Assembly (NCBI GenBank): GCA_963750165.1
Contig: CAVVPN010000004.1
Span: forward strand, 1,120,001-1,184,000
Direction: 5' to 3'
Source of the DNA: an uncultured Gemmataceae bacterium
GTDB taxonomy: Bacteria > Planctomycetota > Planctomycetia > Gemmatales > Gemmataceae
DNA: 64,000 nt
Positions within the stretch are counted from its first letter, which is position 1. Each line of letters starts with the position of its first letter. The notes beneath the pieces are model-generated. The model made no database searches, was not told the DNA's origin, and saw only the letters and a list, made by a program, of their open reading frames with translations. The position numbers were made by a program, and so were the translations under genes. Shown in pieces: positions 44,072 through 53,660 of this stretch.

Positions 44072-44830
44072 TTACTCCTTGCCGAGTAGCAAGTCCACCG
44101 CCCAGCAGCCACGGACGTGCGGGCCGGGGTCGCGGCAGTGGCCGAGGATGGCGGCGTCGGCGCAGCCGGCTTCTTCCAGGGCGCCGGCCAAGAGAGCGAG
44201 GTTGGTAGGGTTGAGGGTGCCATCAGGCAGGGACCGCTCGGCATAAGCCTTCTCGGCCAGCGACCGAACTCGCGCATTTACCCAGCCGGGGTCAAGGCAA
44301 CTGCGGCGAAACGGATTGCCTCGAACGTCTTGCAACAGCCCGCACTGCGCGCGCCATTCCTCGCCAAGGTAGTCGGTGGGGAATTCCTCGACGTTGGCGA
44401 ATTCCTCCACGGTCGGGGGGCCGGGGCAAGCAAGCCGGGCCGCTTCGTCGCGGGCGAGGGCGGCGCAGCCGGAGCAAGTGTCTTCGTCCGGGGCTTCCAG
44501 ATTACAGCAGTTGGCAATCGCGCAACAGTAATGATCAAAGAGGAGGTATCGATCTTCCTCTACCTCTGCCCCCTCCTCAGGGTCGTCAAGCACCGCCATC
44601 GAGGCCTCGTCTGCGGATGTCAGTTCGTCATCGGTCGCGAGCCCATCGGCATGCCTCTCGGCAACCTCGATAGCTGCTCTGGCCTCTGGGTAGAGCGACT
44701 GCCAGATACGCCGACAACAGGCACAGCAGAATAACCGGCCTTTGCGCACCGAAAGGGTTGCACCTTGCGCACGCAAGCATGCAAACATCTGCTCCGGCAC
44801 GGTACACGTCAGCCATTCCGCCTCGGTCAT
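44072..44830 (-). CDS. Planctomycete 'MTEAEWL...HCR..GPHVRGCW' family protein
   Basis: MTEAEWL, RLFCCACCR, GNPFR, ALEEAGC, HCRDPGPHVRGCWAVDLLLGKE. Confidence 0.85.
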   Translation of the reverse strand: MTEAEWLTCTVPEQMFACLRAQGATLSVRKGRLFCCACCRRIWQSLYPEARAAIEVAERHADGLATDDELTSADEASMAVLDDPEEGAEVEEDRYLLFDHYCCAIANCCNLEAPDEDTCSGCAALARDEAARLACPGPPTVEEFANVEEFPTDYLGEEWRAQCGLLQDVRGNPFRRSCLDPGWVNARVRSLAEKAYAERSLPDGTLNPTNLALLAGALEEAGCADAAILGHCRDPGPHVRGCWAVDLLLGKE

Positions 44831-44987
44831 GCGCCCGCCCTCCGGTACTTCGCCTGTGCCCCCTACGTAATTATGGCGGTGAAATCTGCCAAAATGAGTG
44901 CCGGAATTCGCAACCGATTCCGGCCTCGAAGGGCACTTCTCCCGACCGGACCGCGCCAATACGCCGCCATCACCACCGTGCATCCTG

Positions 44988-45084
44988 CCCGAACGAAATA
45001 GCTCAGCAGCGGACCGGCCTCGCGCGACGTTGACCCACGAGAAGCCGTAACGGCCGGTCCGTCTGCTGCAGCGACTGGTTCGGC
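44988..45084 (-). repeat. attC site
   Basis: CCCGAAC..GCTCAGCAGCGGACCGGCC...GGCCGGTCCGTCTGCTGCAGC..GTTCGGC. Confidence 0.87.
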
Positions 45085-45091
45085 GCTCGCC

Positions 45092-45610
45092 TCACGGGTT
45101 CGCGTCGTCAGACTTCCCAAGCGCGGGGTCCAGCTCCGTTGCCTTCTGCCGATCCGCCTGGGCCTGTGCGGCATCGCCCTTCTTGGCGTAGACCCAGCCT
45201 CGCGCGCGATACGCTCGTGCGTAGGCTGGGTTGAGGCGAATCGCTTCCCCGAAGTCCGTCAGCGCCCGGTCATAATCCCCCGCCCGGGAGTAGGCCACGC
45301 CCCGGTCATACGGGGTGCGGGCGTCGGTCGGGTCGAGCCGAATCGCCTCACTGAAGTCCGCAATGGCTCGGTCCAACTCCCCCTGATTAAAGTGGGCCAC
45401 TCCCCGTCCGTGGTAGGCCGGCGCATACTCCGCGTCGATCTCGATGGCCCGGTTGAAGGAGTCGATCGCCTGGGTGTAATCCTTGCTGTTAACCAAGGCC
45501 CTCCCGCGCTGGGTGAGGGCTTCCGGCGCCCGGCGATCGACGTAGAAGATCGCGATCGCTCCTAGAAGGAGGATCCCAACCAGTACCCAGCGCCAAGGAA
45601 ACCGCCTCAT
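45092..45610 (-). CDS. Membrane-anchored TPR protein
   Basis: TM segment plus repeated AIADF.EAIRL.P TPR units. Confidence 0.88.
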   Translation of the reverse strand: MRRFPWRWVLVGILLLGAIAIFYVDRRAPEALTQRGRALVNSKDYTQAIDSFNRAIEIDAEYAPAYHGRGVAHFNQGELDRAIADFSEAIRLDPTDARTPYDRGVAYSRAGDYDRALTDFGEAIRLNPAYARAYRARGWVYAKKGDAAQAQADRQKATELDPALGKSDDANP

Positions 45611-45635
45611 TGGGACCACGCTCTCGCGACTGTCC

Positions 45636-45729
45636 GCCGAACGCCATAGCTCAGCAGCCGGCCCCCTGAGTGACCTGCAAATCTCTTGCACCTCAAGGGG
45701 GGCCGGTCTGCTGCAGCGGTTGGTTCGAG
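45636..45729 (-). repeat. attC site
   Basis: GCCGAAC..CAGCAGCCGGCCCCC...GGGGGCCGGTCTGCTG..GTTCGAG. Confidence 0.87.
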
Positions 45730-45782
45730 ATTGTAACCTACGATTTCCGCTTTTCTTGTCTTTTGTCAACCTAAAAAACGAG

Positions 45783-46397
45783 CTAGGTCCCCTTTGATTT
45801 CTCAATACCAGCTGCGTCACCTTTGTTTTTTGCGGCTTCGTGGCCCTTGTTCAATTCGACTCCCGACCCCTTTTGTCTTGCTCCCGCTTCGTCCCCCTTC
45901 CGCGCGTTTGCCATGCGCTCCCGCAGGAACTGGTGGATCTCGTCGAAGGCAACCCGCGACGGTAACAGGTAGGACCGAATAGTTACCAGGCCGCCGGAAT
46001 GGCAGACGTGCAAGTCGCGGAAGTGTCGGATCTGGTGGAGTTCAATTTTGGTAATCGACCCGAATGGCACAGCCAACTCGTCGGCAGACCAGCGCGACCG
46101 GGGCACGAGCAGCGCCGTGCGCGTGAAGGCGATGCGCTGAGAACGCATCAACCGGTGGACGGCGAGACTGCCAACGAAGACGAAAAAGCAACCGAAGAAG
46201 GCGGCGAGTACCCAGAAGAATATGGCCGCCCCGCGCGGCGACAACTCGATAATGGGGGCGGGGTGGCCGATGATGAGTCCGCCTCGATTGGTCAAGGCGA
46301 ACAGCACGCACGCCAGGAGCAGCATCCCGAAGAAGAATCCTCCCCCGAGGATGAGTCTCCACCTTGCCCGGTAAGGGACTTCCCATACGTCTGCCAT
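45783..46397 (-). CDS. Two-TM membrane cassette protein
   Basis: Two hydrophobic segments followed by a soluble domain. Confidence 0.7.
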   Translation of the reverse strand: MADVWEVPYRARWRLILGGGFFFGMLLLACVLFALTNRGGLIIGHPAPIIELSPRGAAIFFWVLAAFFGCFFVFVGSLAVHRLMRSQRIAFTRTALLVPRSRWSADELAVPFGSITKIELHQIRHFRDLHVCHSGGLVTIRSYLLPSRVAFDEIHQFLRERMANARKGDEAGARQKGSGVELNKGHEAAKNKGDAAGIEKSKGT

Positions 46398-46498
46398 CCG
46401 AGTCTCCCGTCAGCAGCCGAGACCCACCAAAGTATCAGGAACCATTTTCACCCAAACGGACCGGAAACGGCTCCTGACACCCGCCCGCTCATCTCGCC

Positions 46499-46597
46499 GC
46501 CGAACGATAAGGATAAGCTGCCGGGGCCGCCTGCAATACCTAGATACCGCGCGAAACCAGGATGGCGGCCCCGGTCAGCTTCATCCGTTGGTTCGCC
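46499..46597 (-). repeat. attC site (duplicate of 62003)
   Basis: GCCGAAC..AAGCTGCCGGGGCCGCC...GGCGGCCCCGGTCAGCTT..GTTCGCC. Confidence 0.87.
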
Positions 46598-46628
46598 GAC
46601 GGCCCTCTCGCACCCGCCGCCGCGCCGC

Positions 46629-48541
46629 TCATTTTCGCTTCTTCAAGGATGCGCAATAGCTGTCATACGCGGTTCGAACATCAGAATCCGACAAAGTCAC
46701 CGTTGCCGACTGGAGGGGCTCAGTGCCCGTTTTTTTGAGCCATTTCAGACACTTGTCAACATTGCTAATTCTACTGTGCTACTTTCCTCTTTTCGGTCGG
46801 CCGCGCGGCCGCGGCCGACGCGGCGGGAACTGCCCGGTCGCGTTGTGCCAGTGGTAGATGCGTGCCTCCTCGTTACGCCGCAGCACTTGGCTCACCATCT
46901 CCGCGATCCCGGGCCGCGCTGGGGCGCGGCTCGCCGCAGCAGTTCCGTGAAGATCTGCCGCACCTGCGGCACCGTCACCGGCGGCGTTTTTTCCCCCCAA
47001 CCGCAGCTTCTCGGTCTGCAAGAACCACAGGGCCAACAGCGACAGCGTCATGTGGTGGTGCCAGCCCGCCCAGCTGCGCACCTCGTAGTGGCTCAGGCCC
47101 ACCTCCGCCCTTGCCTCCGCCAATAACTCCTCGACCCCGTGCCGCGCCCCGTGTACCCGCACCACCTCGCCCGCGGCGCGTCCGGTGCGGCGTTGCTCAG
47201 CGTGTACCACGTCTGCGGCTTCGTCTCGCAACTCTTGCGGATCGCCAGACGTTCGCGTGGCCCCACGCAGCCGTCCTCGTCCTTGGTCTGCACCGCCGCC
47301 AACAGCACCTTGCACCCCCTGCGGCCCCTTGTCTCCGTCGCGCAGCTTCACCTTGCGCCACCGCCCCGCCGGCTGCCGCGCCGCCCACCTCGACCCGCTC
47401 GAACGCCGGCAACCGCTGCCGGCCGCCGGCCCGCGCCGGCGGTCGACCGCTCGGCCAGGTCGCGCACCAGGGTGTTGCAGGGCACGTCCAGCACGTACGC
47501 TGCCGCCGCTGCCGCAGGGCCGCCCGCAGTTCCGTGCAGCGGCCGAACTCGTCGTCGCCGGCCACCCAGCCGCCCGGCAAGTCGGCCGGGCGCGGTCGAA
47601 GCAACTCCAGGCCGATCCGCCAGCTTCTCTGCGAAGGCCACCGTCCTCGGGCACATAGCGTCGGCGGCGGTGGCGGCCGGGTCGTCGGCCCAGTCCTGGT
47701 CCAGGTAGAGGCTGGGCGTCGAGCAGGGTCTGGCCGCGCGGGGCGACGTAGGCCAGGAAGACGCCGACCTGACAGTTCTCGATCTTGCCCAGGCGGCCGC
47801 ACCACTGGCGGGCCACGCCGCACGAGGCCTCCCCCTTCTTGGGGAACGCCGAGGGGTCCAGGACCAAGACGGCGTCGGGGTCGGCCAATTCCTCGGCGAC
47901 GTGGCGGCGGAGTTCGTCCAGGACGGCCTGGTCGTCCCAGCCGCCGGCGCCGACGAAGAGCTGCAGGGGGCGGCGTTCGGCCGGCCTGGGTGGCGATGGG
48001 CTCGGTGGTCTTGCGCTGCAGGCCGGTGAGCTTGCCGCGCAGCATGGTCAGGGCGTGGCCGCGCTGCTCCTCGCGGTAGAACCGGGGAGGTAGCGCTGGA
48101 CGAAGGCGGTCAACTGGTCCGCGCAGGAGCGGACGGCGGCAGCGGAGAGTTCGGCGTCGTTCAGCAGGGCCTGCGCGTCGGGGTGGTCGAGGATGTCCAT
48201 GGCGGCCTCCAGAAAGATACCGCCGTTCAGTGTAGCCACCGCGTCAGCTGCCGGCTAGAATCATGTTGCACAGTAGAACTAAACAAGCCACCCTTCCCCC
48301 CAAGAGCCTTCCTTACTGCGCGCGACCGATTACGAGCCAAAAGATATCGGTCATTCTTCACTTGGACGATGCCACAGTCAACGAGCCTGGAGAACGCCCG
48401 CGATAGCTCTCCGGCCGTTGGGATCGCATGGTTGATCACGTCGGCGGCACCAATGATCTCGGCGAGCGTCGCCCCGCCCCTTTTGTGCATGAGCGACGTG
48501 ACCGTTAGGATCCAGGCATCATTCCAGGCCCATTGCGACAT
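46629..48541 (-). pseudogene. IS701-disrupted copy of cassette gene 62133..62531
   Basis: Both flanks of the IS match the intact copy. Confidence 0.9.
46769..48278 (-). mobile_element. IS701-family IS (transposase 46779..48200, frameshifted)
   Basis: FPKKG..SCGVARQWCGRLGKIENCQVGVF and GLSHYEVRSW.GWHHH motifs; TIR TTCTACTGTGC/GCACAGTAGAA; CTAA duplication. Confidence 0.93.
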
Positions 48542-48554
48542 AGTTTGTTTAGTT

Positions 48555-48649
48555 GGCGAACGCCACAGCTCAGCAGCCGGCGGCCCCGGAAGACGTTGAA
48601 CCGCGCGAAACCGTATGGGCCGCCGGTCTGCTGTAGCACGTGGTTCGGC
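48555..48649 (-). repeat. attC site
   Basis: GGCGAAC..CAGCAGCCGGCGGCCC...GGGCCGCCGGTCTGCTG..GTTCGGC. Confidence 0.87.
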
Positions 48650-48955
48650 CTAGCTCACCTTCTGCCAGAGTATCGTGGCGTTGGGCTTGTCGCCCTCGTC
48701 CCGGACCACCACCTTCAGCCAGTGCCAGGCGAGGTTGCCGATCGCCACCTCCACGTAGTACACCCGACCGCCGGGCTCGCCCTTGTTCCGGACCTCGTTC
48801 TCGGCCGGCTCTTCCAACGACGAGCGGACGATCAACACGGCCGGGGAAGCCATGCGCCCTCGTTTGATTTGCTGCATCCGGGCGTGAACGAACTCGTAGT
48901 TGGCGGCCTTCATGCTGGCCGGGGTCTTGACCCCGGGAATATCGGTATACAAATA
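48650..48955 (-). pseudogene. Cassette gene whose 5' end abuts the hairpin element
   Basis: Protein-like 3' part of ORF 48650..49114; no own RBS or attC upstream. Confidence 0.4.
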
Positions 48956-49022
48956 AGAAAAGGGGTCGGGAGTCGATATTACGAATCTGAAAAACGTGTT
49001 ATCGACTCCCGACCCCTTTTCT
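48956..49022. repeat. 67-bp REP/MITE-like hairpin (copy 2)
   Basis: Identical to 37919-37985 including the loop. Confidence 0.88.
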
Positions 49023-49037
49023 GTTCTTTTCTGTTCC

Positions 49038-49083
49038 AGAAAGCCTACATGCCCCCGCCGTCTGCTGCAGCGTCTGGTTCGGC
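49038..49083 (-). repeat. Half attC (R'' arm only)
   Basis: AGAAAGCCTACATGCCCCCGCCGTCTGCTG..GTTCGGC matches the right half of attC 30101; left arm missing. Confidence 0.8.
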
Positions 49084-49407
49084 CTCTGGTGCCTTCTCCT
49101 CCAGCCACGGCCAATCTTCTGGGAACGGCTGGCCCGGCGCGAAGCGCTCGTGACTGACGGTGGAGTAGATCCGCAGCCGCCGATCTTGGCCGGACTCATC
49201 GTACCCGGCGCGGGCCAGGGCTTGGTCGAAGTACCCCCACATCATCCCGGGGTGGTAAAGGATGTCCAGCCCCTCATCAAGAAATCGCGTGATGACCGCC
49301 GCAATCACGTCCCGGTCCTCGCCCGCGGCCCGGAGGGCGGCGGACGTCCGCTCGACGAGAGACCCCATCCGGCGGCGGACGTCGGCTTGCCCTTCCTCTT
49401 CCTCCAC
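49045..49407 (-). CDS. Cassette hypothetical protein (reads into attC)
   Basis: Tail AEPDAAADGGGM; start uncertain. Confidence 0.55.
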   Translation of the reverse strand: MEEEEGQADVRRRMGSLVERTSAALRAAGEDRDVIAAVITRFLDEGLDILYHPGMMWGYFDQALARAGYDESGQDRRLRIYSTVSHERFAPGQPFPEDWPWLEEKAPEAEPDAAADGGGM

Positions 49408-49431
49408 GTTCAAGCCCGAAGCCCTCCGGTG

Positions 49432-49521
49432 GCCGAACGCCATAGCTCACGTGCGGGCCGAGTGGACTGGGCGTGTCCGTGTAGACTGCGATGGCCCGTC
49501 ACGTGCAGCGGTTGGTTCGGG
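49432..49521 (-). repeat. attC site (family A)
   Basis: CTCACGTGCGGGCC...GGCCCGTCACGTGCAG. Confidence 0.9.
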
Positions 49522-49611
49522 CTGGTCTTCACTCGGCTTCGACCCCTTCATCCACTGCAGTGCGACCTCGGCCGCAACTCTCCCGCCCCAATCCCGAGCC
49601 CCAAGCCGCGC

Positions 49612-50094
49612 TCAGGTTAGTTCTCGAGGCCGCCGTTTGCTGTTGTGTACCTCCAAGCCGCAAGGAGAGCCGTACACAGACAGCAACTTCTCCACGTCCC
49701 GTATGTGCCACGAATGGTCGTCGGTCGGATCAGCCACAAACGTTCTGACCAGATATTCGCCCCCAACCGTAAGGGTCAGGTCGTTCGAGCGCTCGTCAAG
49801 TTCGATGGCTGTAACTGGTAGCCCAATTAGGGATTTCAGCGGTACTCCGACTCGGTCCAACTCTTCTTTGGTTGCTCCCGCCTCACCTGTTCCTTGAGCC
49901 TGGCGAGAGCCGACCAACACACCCTTGAACGAGGACATATGCCAGGTGGGCTCGAACCAGACGGCAAACCCGCGTTCGTCGCTGGGCTGGCCATCAATGT
50001 AGAGGATCAGGGAGTTTGCTGCCAACCGCGTGAACGTGATACGGCGCCCTATCAGCGCCTGGCGAAACTCCTTAAACAGTTTGTGTGCATCCAT
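49612..50094 (-). CDS. Cassette hypothetical protein
   Basis: GAGGAGG RBS; complete ORF. Confidence 0.72.
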   Translation of the reverse strand: MDAHKLFKEFRQALIGRRITFTRLAANSLILYIDGQPSDERGFAVWFEPTWHMSSFKGVLVGSRQAQGTGEAGATKEELDRVGVPLKSLIGLPVTAIELDERSNDLTLTVGGEYLVRTFVADPTDDHSWHIRDVEKLLSVYGSPCGLEVHNSKRRPRELT

Positions 50095-50110
50095 CGACCC
50101 TCCTCGGGTG

Positions 50111-50199
50111 ACCGAACAACATAGTTCACGTGCGGGCCGCTCGACTTAATGTGTCCGTGCAGACTCAGTTGGCCCGTCACGTGCAACGCCTGGTTCGGA
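50111..50199 (-). repeat. attC site (family A)
   Basis: TTCACGTGCGGGCC...GGCCCGTCACGTGCAA. Confidence 0.9.
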
Positions 50200-50298
50200 C
50201 GGTTCTCTCTCGACTCTGACCCTTCCGCTCAGACCCAGTTAAGACCTCGGTGGCAACCGACTAATTCGAGTTCCGCTGCCAGAGTGGCTCACCCGAAC

Positions 50299-50661
50299 TC
50301 AAGCTAGCCCATCTGTAGTAGAGCTTGGCTCGGCACCTGCCTTTCTCCCCTTTCGGATGCACCACTTCAATTTGGCAACTACCTGCGGGGAGAGTTCCGC
50401 CTCGGGCACGACCTCGCCCGTTCCGGTGAGCATCTCCACCTCGCCAAGGCGGTTCAAGCGCAGGGCATAATCCCCATTGCACCGGGCGAGCTGATGCCGA
50501 GTGGACCGCCAGGCCACGAGGAACGGCCCTTTCCGGAAAAATGCCAGGGCGAGGCACGAACAACTCGGGGCGTAGAGACATTCCCTGCGGAAGAACCCCC
50601 GGCCGAGCAACTGGTAAAGCCGGATGCACATGACGGCGGCCCAGCATGCGACTCTATCCAT
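50299..50661 (-). CDS. YidD-like (membrane protein insertion efficiency factor) protein
   Basis: IRLYQ...ECLYAPSCS...LARCNG. Confidence 0.6.
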   Translation of the reverse strand: MDRVACWAAVMCIRLYQLLGRGFFRRECLYAPSCSCLALAFFRKGPFLVAWRSTRHQLARCNGDYALRLNRLGEVEMLTGTGEVVPEAELSPQVVAKLKWCIRKGRKAGAEPSSTTDGLA

Positions 50662-50947
50662 GGCCTCTGACCCACTGCACGGCGGTCCCCCAGGCGAACA
50701 CCTCGAACACCTGCTTCGCGGTGCCGCAGCCCTGTGCGCTAGCCACGCGACTCTGAAAGCTCACGAACAAGAGCCCGTCGGCGTCGAGAGCGCTGGCGCC
50801 TTCCTCCAGCCGTTCGAGCGCTTTGCGGTAGACGGACTCCACCTTGATCGTCCCCTGGCAGCCCTCCGTTTTGCTCGCGAACCCCACGACGAGATCGAGA
50901 ACCTTGAACGGGCGACCTGCATCGCCTGAGCTTACGAGCAACGAGCA
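50654..50947 (-). CDS. Small YbjQ-like protein, overlapping the YidD-like gene
   Basis: GGAGG RBS plus GTG; LLVSSGD..RPFKVLDLV, ADGL, AWGTAV. Confidence 0.5.
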   Translation of the reverse strand, partial: CSLLVSSGDAGRPFKVLDLVVGFASKTEGCQGTIKVESVYRKALERLEEGASALDADGLLFVSFQSRVASAQGCGTAKQVFEVFAWGTAVQWVRGHG

Positions 50948-50960
50948 CCTCCCTCGCGAG

Positions 50961-51050
50961 TCCGAACAACAAAGCTCTGCGGCGGGCCGCTCGACCTGGG
51001 CGTATTCTACTAACCTCAGATGGCCCGTCCGCAGCAGCGCCTGGTTCGGG
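50961..51050 (-). repeat. attC site (family A)
   Basis: CTCTGCGGCGGGCC...GGCCCGTCCGCAGCAGC. Confidence 0.9.
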
Positions 51051-51146
51051 TCGGTTTCTTCTCGACTTCGACCCTGATTTCTCAGCCCGGTTGCGACCAC
51101 GGCGGTGGTGCTGAAGACTTGGCCTCGGCCCGCCCAACTCGGCCTC

Positions 51147-51647
51147 CTACCCGCGAAACAACCGCGCCACCATCTCTCGCAACCCCGCAGACTGAACTCC
51201 GCTCAGGTCAGACCACACAGCCGGGGGCTCGGGCAACCGCAACAACTCTCGGCCCGTGTCCGCAAACGCCCACTCGCAGGACCAACTCGCCGCCCCGATG
51301 ACCCATGCCACTCTGGACCGGGGTCTGAGCCACGGCTCGAACGCCTCCGGGCCGAACGGGAAGTGGGACGCAATGGTTTGGATGCCCTCGACAATTCCGA
51401 TTGTGGTGACTTCCCGTGCCTGCTCGTCCCCTTCTGCCAGGCACTTCTCGAGCGCCGCGAAGGCGGCAGGGAACTCGGCGTGGTCCCCCGCCGCGTACCG
51501 CTCCACCAGGAAATCCGCGATGACCGCCGTGTCGTTGTAGACGCCGCGGTCGGTGTGGCCCTCCCAGGAGGTCAAGTACTCCGCCCAGGGGGCGGACAGC
51601 CCGGGGCAAGCAGCGAGGAATGCAGGGACGATGTCATCGGCGGTCAT
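51147..51647 (-). CDS. Cassette hypothetical protein
   Basis: F.ALE.CL.EGD..ARE..TIGIVEGIQ. Confidence 0.7.
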   Translation of the reverse strand: MTADDIVPAFLAACPGLSAPWAEYLTSWEGHTDRGVYNDTAVIADFLVERYAAGDHAEFPAAFAALEKCLAEGDEQAREVTTIGIVEGIQTIASHFPFGPEAFEPWLRPRSRVAWVIGAASWSCEWAFADTGRELLRLPEPPAVWSDLSGVQSAGLREMVARLFRG

Positions 51648-51749
51648 GCGTCAGCGCCCGGCGGCCGAACAACGGATAAGGCGCGGCTTTCTCATACACC
51701 CACTGCCGGAGTCACTTGGACGTGGGCGGTTGGGGCGCCCTCCGGCGCG

Positions 51750-51839
51750 TCCGAACGACCCAGTTCACGTGCGGGCCACTCGACTCAATGTTTTCCGATT
51801 GACCTCAGATGGCCCGTCACGTGCAACACCTGGTTCGGC
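51750..51839 (-). repeat. attC site (family A)
   Basis: TTCACGTGCGGGCC...GGCCCGTCACGTGCAA. Confidence 0.9.
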
Positions 51840-51906
51840 TGGTCTCACCCGCCTGATGTCGAATCGAGTTGCTTCCTCTTTTCTTTCCCTTTTCTTTCCC
51901 GGATCG

Positions 51907-52245
51907 CTATTTGTGCCCCTTGGAATGAGCCTGCATAGCCGCCTCGCGCGAGAACCCTTCGGCCCGAGACCCTCGCAGCGTCACGACGATGTGGCCCTTC
52001 ATGAAGCTCATGTGCGGCAAGCAGAAGTACTCGAAGCCAATCGCGTCGCTGGCCTGGCTGAACTCCACGGGGTCCGACGTTTCATTCTGACCGAGTAACT
52101 GGGTCATGAACGCCGGCGCGTCGTTGCGCTGGGCGTTGTGCATTGCCGGGTCGAGGTTCTGCCACTGGATCGAGTCACCGACCGCTATCACGACCGTCTC
52201 GGGCACGAACGCGAAACCCTGCATCTTCACGACGACGGTGGCCAT
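51907..52245 (-). CDS. Cupredoxin (amicyanin/plastocyanin-like)
   Basis: FVPETV.I.VGD...W.N.D...HN ... YFCLPH..M copper ligands. Confidence 0.88.
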   Translation of the reverse strand: MATVVVKMQGFAFVPETVVIAVGDSIQWQNLDPAMHNAQRNDAPAFMTQLLGQNETSDPVEFSQASDAIGFEYFCLPHMSFMKGHIVVTLRGSRAEGFSREAAMQAHSKGHK

Positions 52246-52291
52246 GCCACTCCCTCCATAATCAGGAAACATCAACCTTTGGCTTCATTTC

Positions 52292-52388
52292 GCCGAACGA
52301 ACCAGTTAAGCTGCCGGGCCGGCTGCCACGACTTCAATCCGCGAGAGACCGTGGTGCCGGCCCGGTCAGCTTCAACGCTGGATTCGGC
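52292..52388 (-). repeat. attC site with mutated R'' core
   Basis: GCCGAAC..AAGCTGCCGGGCCGGC...GCCGGCCCGGTCAGCTT..ATTCGGC (A replaces G). Confidence 0.78.
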
Positions 52389-52409
52389 TGGCCTATCTTA
52401 ATCCCCATT

Positions 52410-53372
52410 TCAAGGCTGGTAGGAAAATTGTGGAAGGATGCCCGCCTTGATCAATGCGACCCCGGCTGTGCGTAACTGGAACATCGTCGAAAAAATGACG
52501 GATTTGATATCAAATCCGCTCGTCCAGCAGTCTTGCAACTGTTTGAGCACGGCTGTCAACGCCTGGATGAACGCGGTCTGGTCAGCTCCCGGCACAGCTT
52601 GGAAGGGAAACACCGTTGGCATCTGGATGGGGTGCGCGTCAGAATACTGGAACCCACCTCCTTGAACCGGAACCAGTTGTTTACCGAAGTAGATTGTGCT
52701 GAAGGCATAGTAGTGAGCCAACTCAGCCAGATCGACCGTCCCTTCTTCAGGAGTTCCGGAGGCGCCTTCTCCTTGGGCCTTGATGACGTTTTTCATGGCG
52801 TTGACGGCGTCCTGCACGTTAGTGATGGCCGTCAGGGAATCTCTATCCACCGACGCCGTAACCTGATGGGCCGGTGGGCTTGGAAACTGGCCCGTTGGAA
52901 ATAGTGCAACGAATGCGTCGGCAATCTTGTCGTAAAACTCTCCAATGGTCGGCGGTTGAGGGCCTGGGGGTGGCGGCGGCTGCGGAATGATGCTGCCATT
53001 TTCCGGGTATTCAATCTGAAGAAAGGTACCAAGCGAAGGCAATCCCAATGGCAACAGATCAACCACCAGACCAGGATGCACACCACCAGGCAGAGGGCCG
53101 GGATAGGTCGGAATAAAGTGAGGATTGGCAAAGTTTGGAACGCCGCCGATCGCCGTAAGCAAGTTACAGGCAAACCCAAAGTGCAGCATTTCCTGAATCA
53201 CGACACCGTGGACGATAGATCCAGCGCCACTTGGATCACTGTTGATCGACCATTCGGCGCACAAGTAAGGCGGAATGGTGGAGAACTCGAGCTGAATGGC
53301 CGTGTGCAATGCGTCCTGTAACTCCGCGACCGTGTTGATGCCGGTCGCCAGGGTGTCCCGCACGGTTCGCAT
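52410..53372 (-). CDS. Ferritin-like domain protein (VioB C-terminal type)
   Basis: AIQLEFSTIPPYL, EMLH...NLL.AIGG, F..IE.P, TIGEFY, QGEG and HYY.F motifs. Confidence 0.85.
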   Translation of the reverse strand: MRTVRDTLATGINTVAELQDALHTAIQLEFSTIPPYLCAEWSINSDPSGAGSIVHGVVIQEMLHFGFACNLLTAIGGVPNFANPHFIPTYPGPLPGGVHPGLVVDLLPLGLPSLGTFLQIEYPENGSIIPQPPPPPGPQPPTIGEFYDKIADAFVALFPTGQFPSPPAHQVTASVDRDSLTAITNVQDAVNAMKNVIKAQGEGASGTPEEGTVDLAELAHYYAFSTIYFGKQLVPVQGGGFQYSDAHPIQMPTVFPFQAVPGADQTAFIQALTAVLKQLQDCWTSGFDIKSVIFSTMFQLRTAGVALIKAGILPQFSYQP

Positions 53373-53392
53373 GAGCGTGCTCCTTGGTTGAA

Positions 53393-53482
53393 GCCGAACT
53401 ACCCAGTTCATGTGCGGGCCGAGTGACCTGGGCGTGTCCATGTAGACTCAGTTGGCCCGTCACGTGCAACACCTGGTTCGGG
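53393..53482 (-). repeat. attC site (family A)
   Basis: TTCATGTGCGGGCC...GGCCCGTCACGTGCAA. Confidence 0.9.
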
Positions 53483-53660
53483 GCTGTTAATCTTGAATGT
53501 CCCCTTTTCTTTTCCGAGAATGGTTTCTCCGTTGGCCTCCACCTCGGATTCCTGGACTTGGTGTGCGTTTGGGACTGCCACTCCTCTGACTCCCCCGCGC
53601 GCGACGGCTGCGCCCCTGCTGCCTGCGACCAAGCCAGTGCCTTCCGCGACCGCATGGGCT

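Noticed and set aside
250..48200. Programmed frameshifting or mass pseudogenisation
   Set aside because: Single-base shifts hit many unrelated genes (sigma factor, MFS fusion, thioesterase, IS copies), most simply explained by assembly indels. Only the A8G run in the ISAzo13 element (~37415-37423) may be programmed
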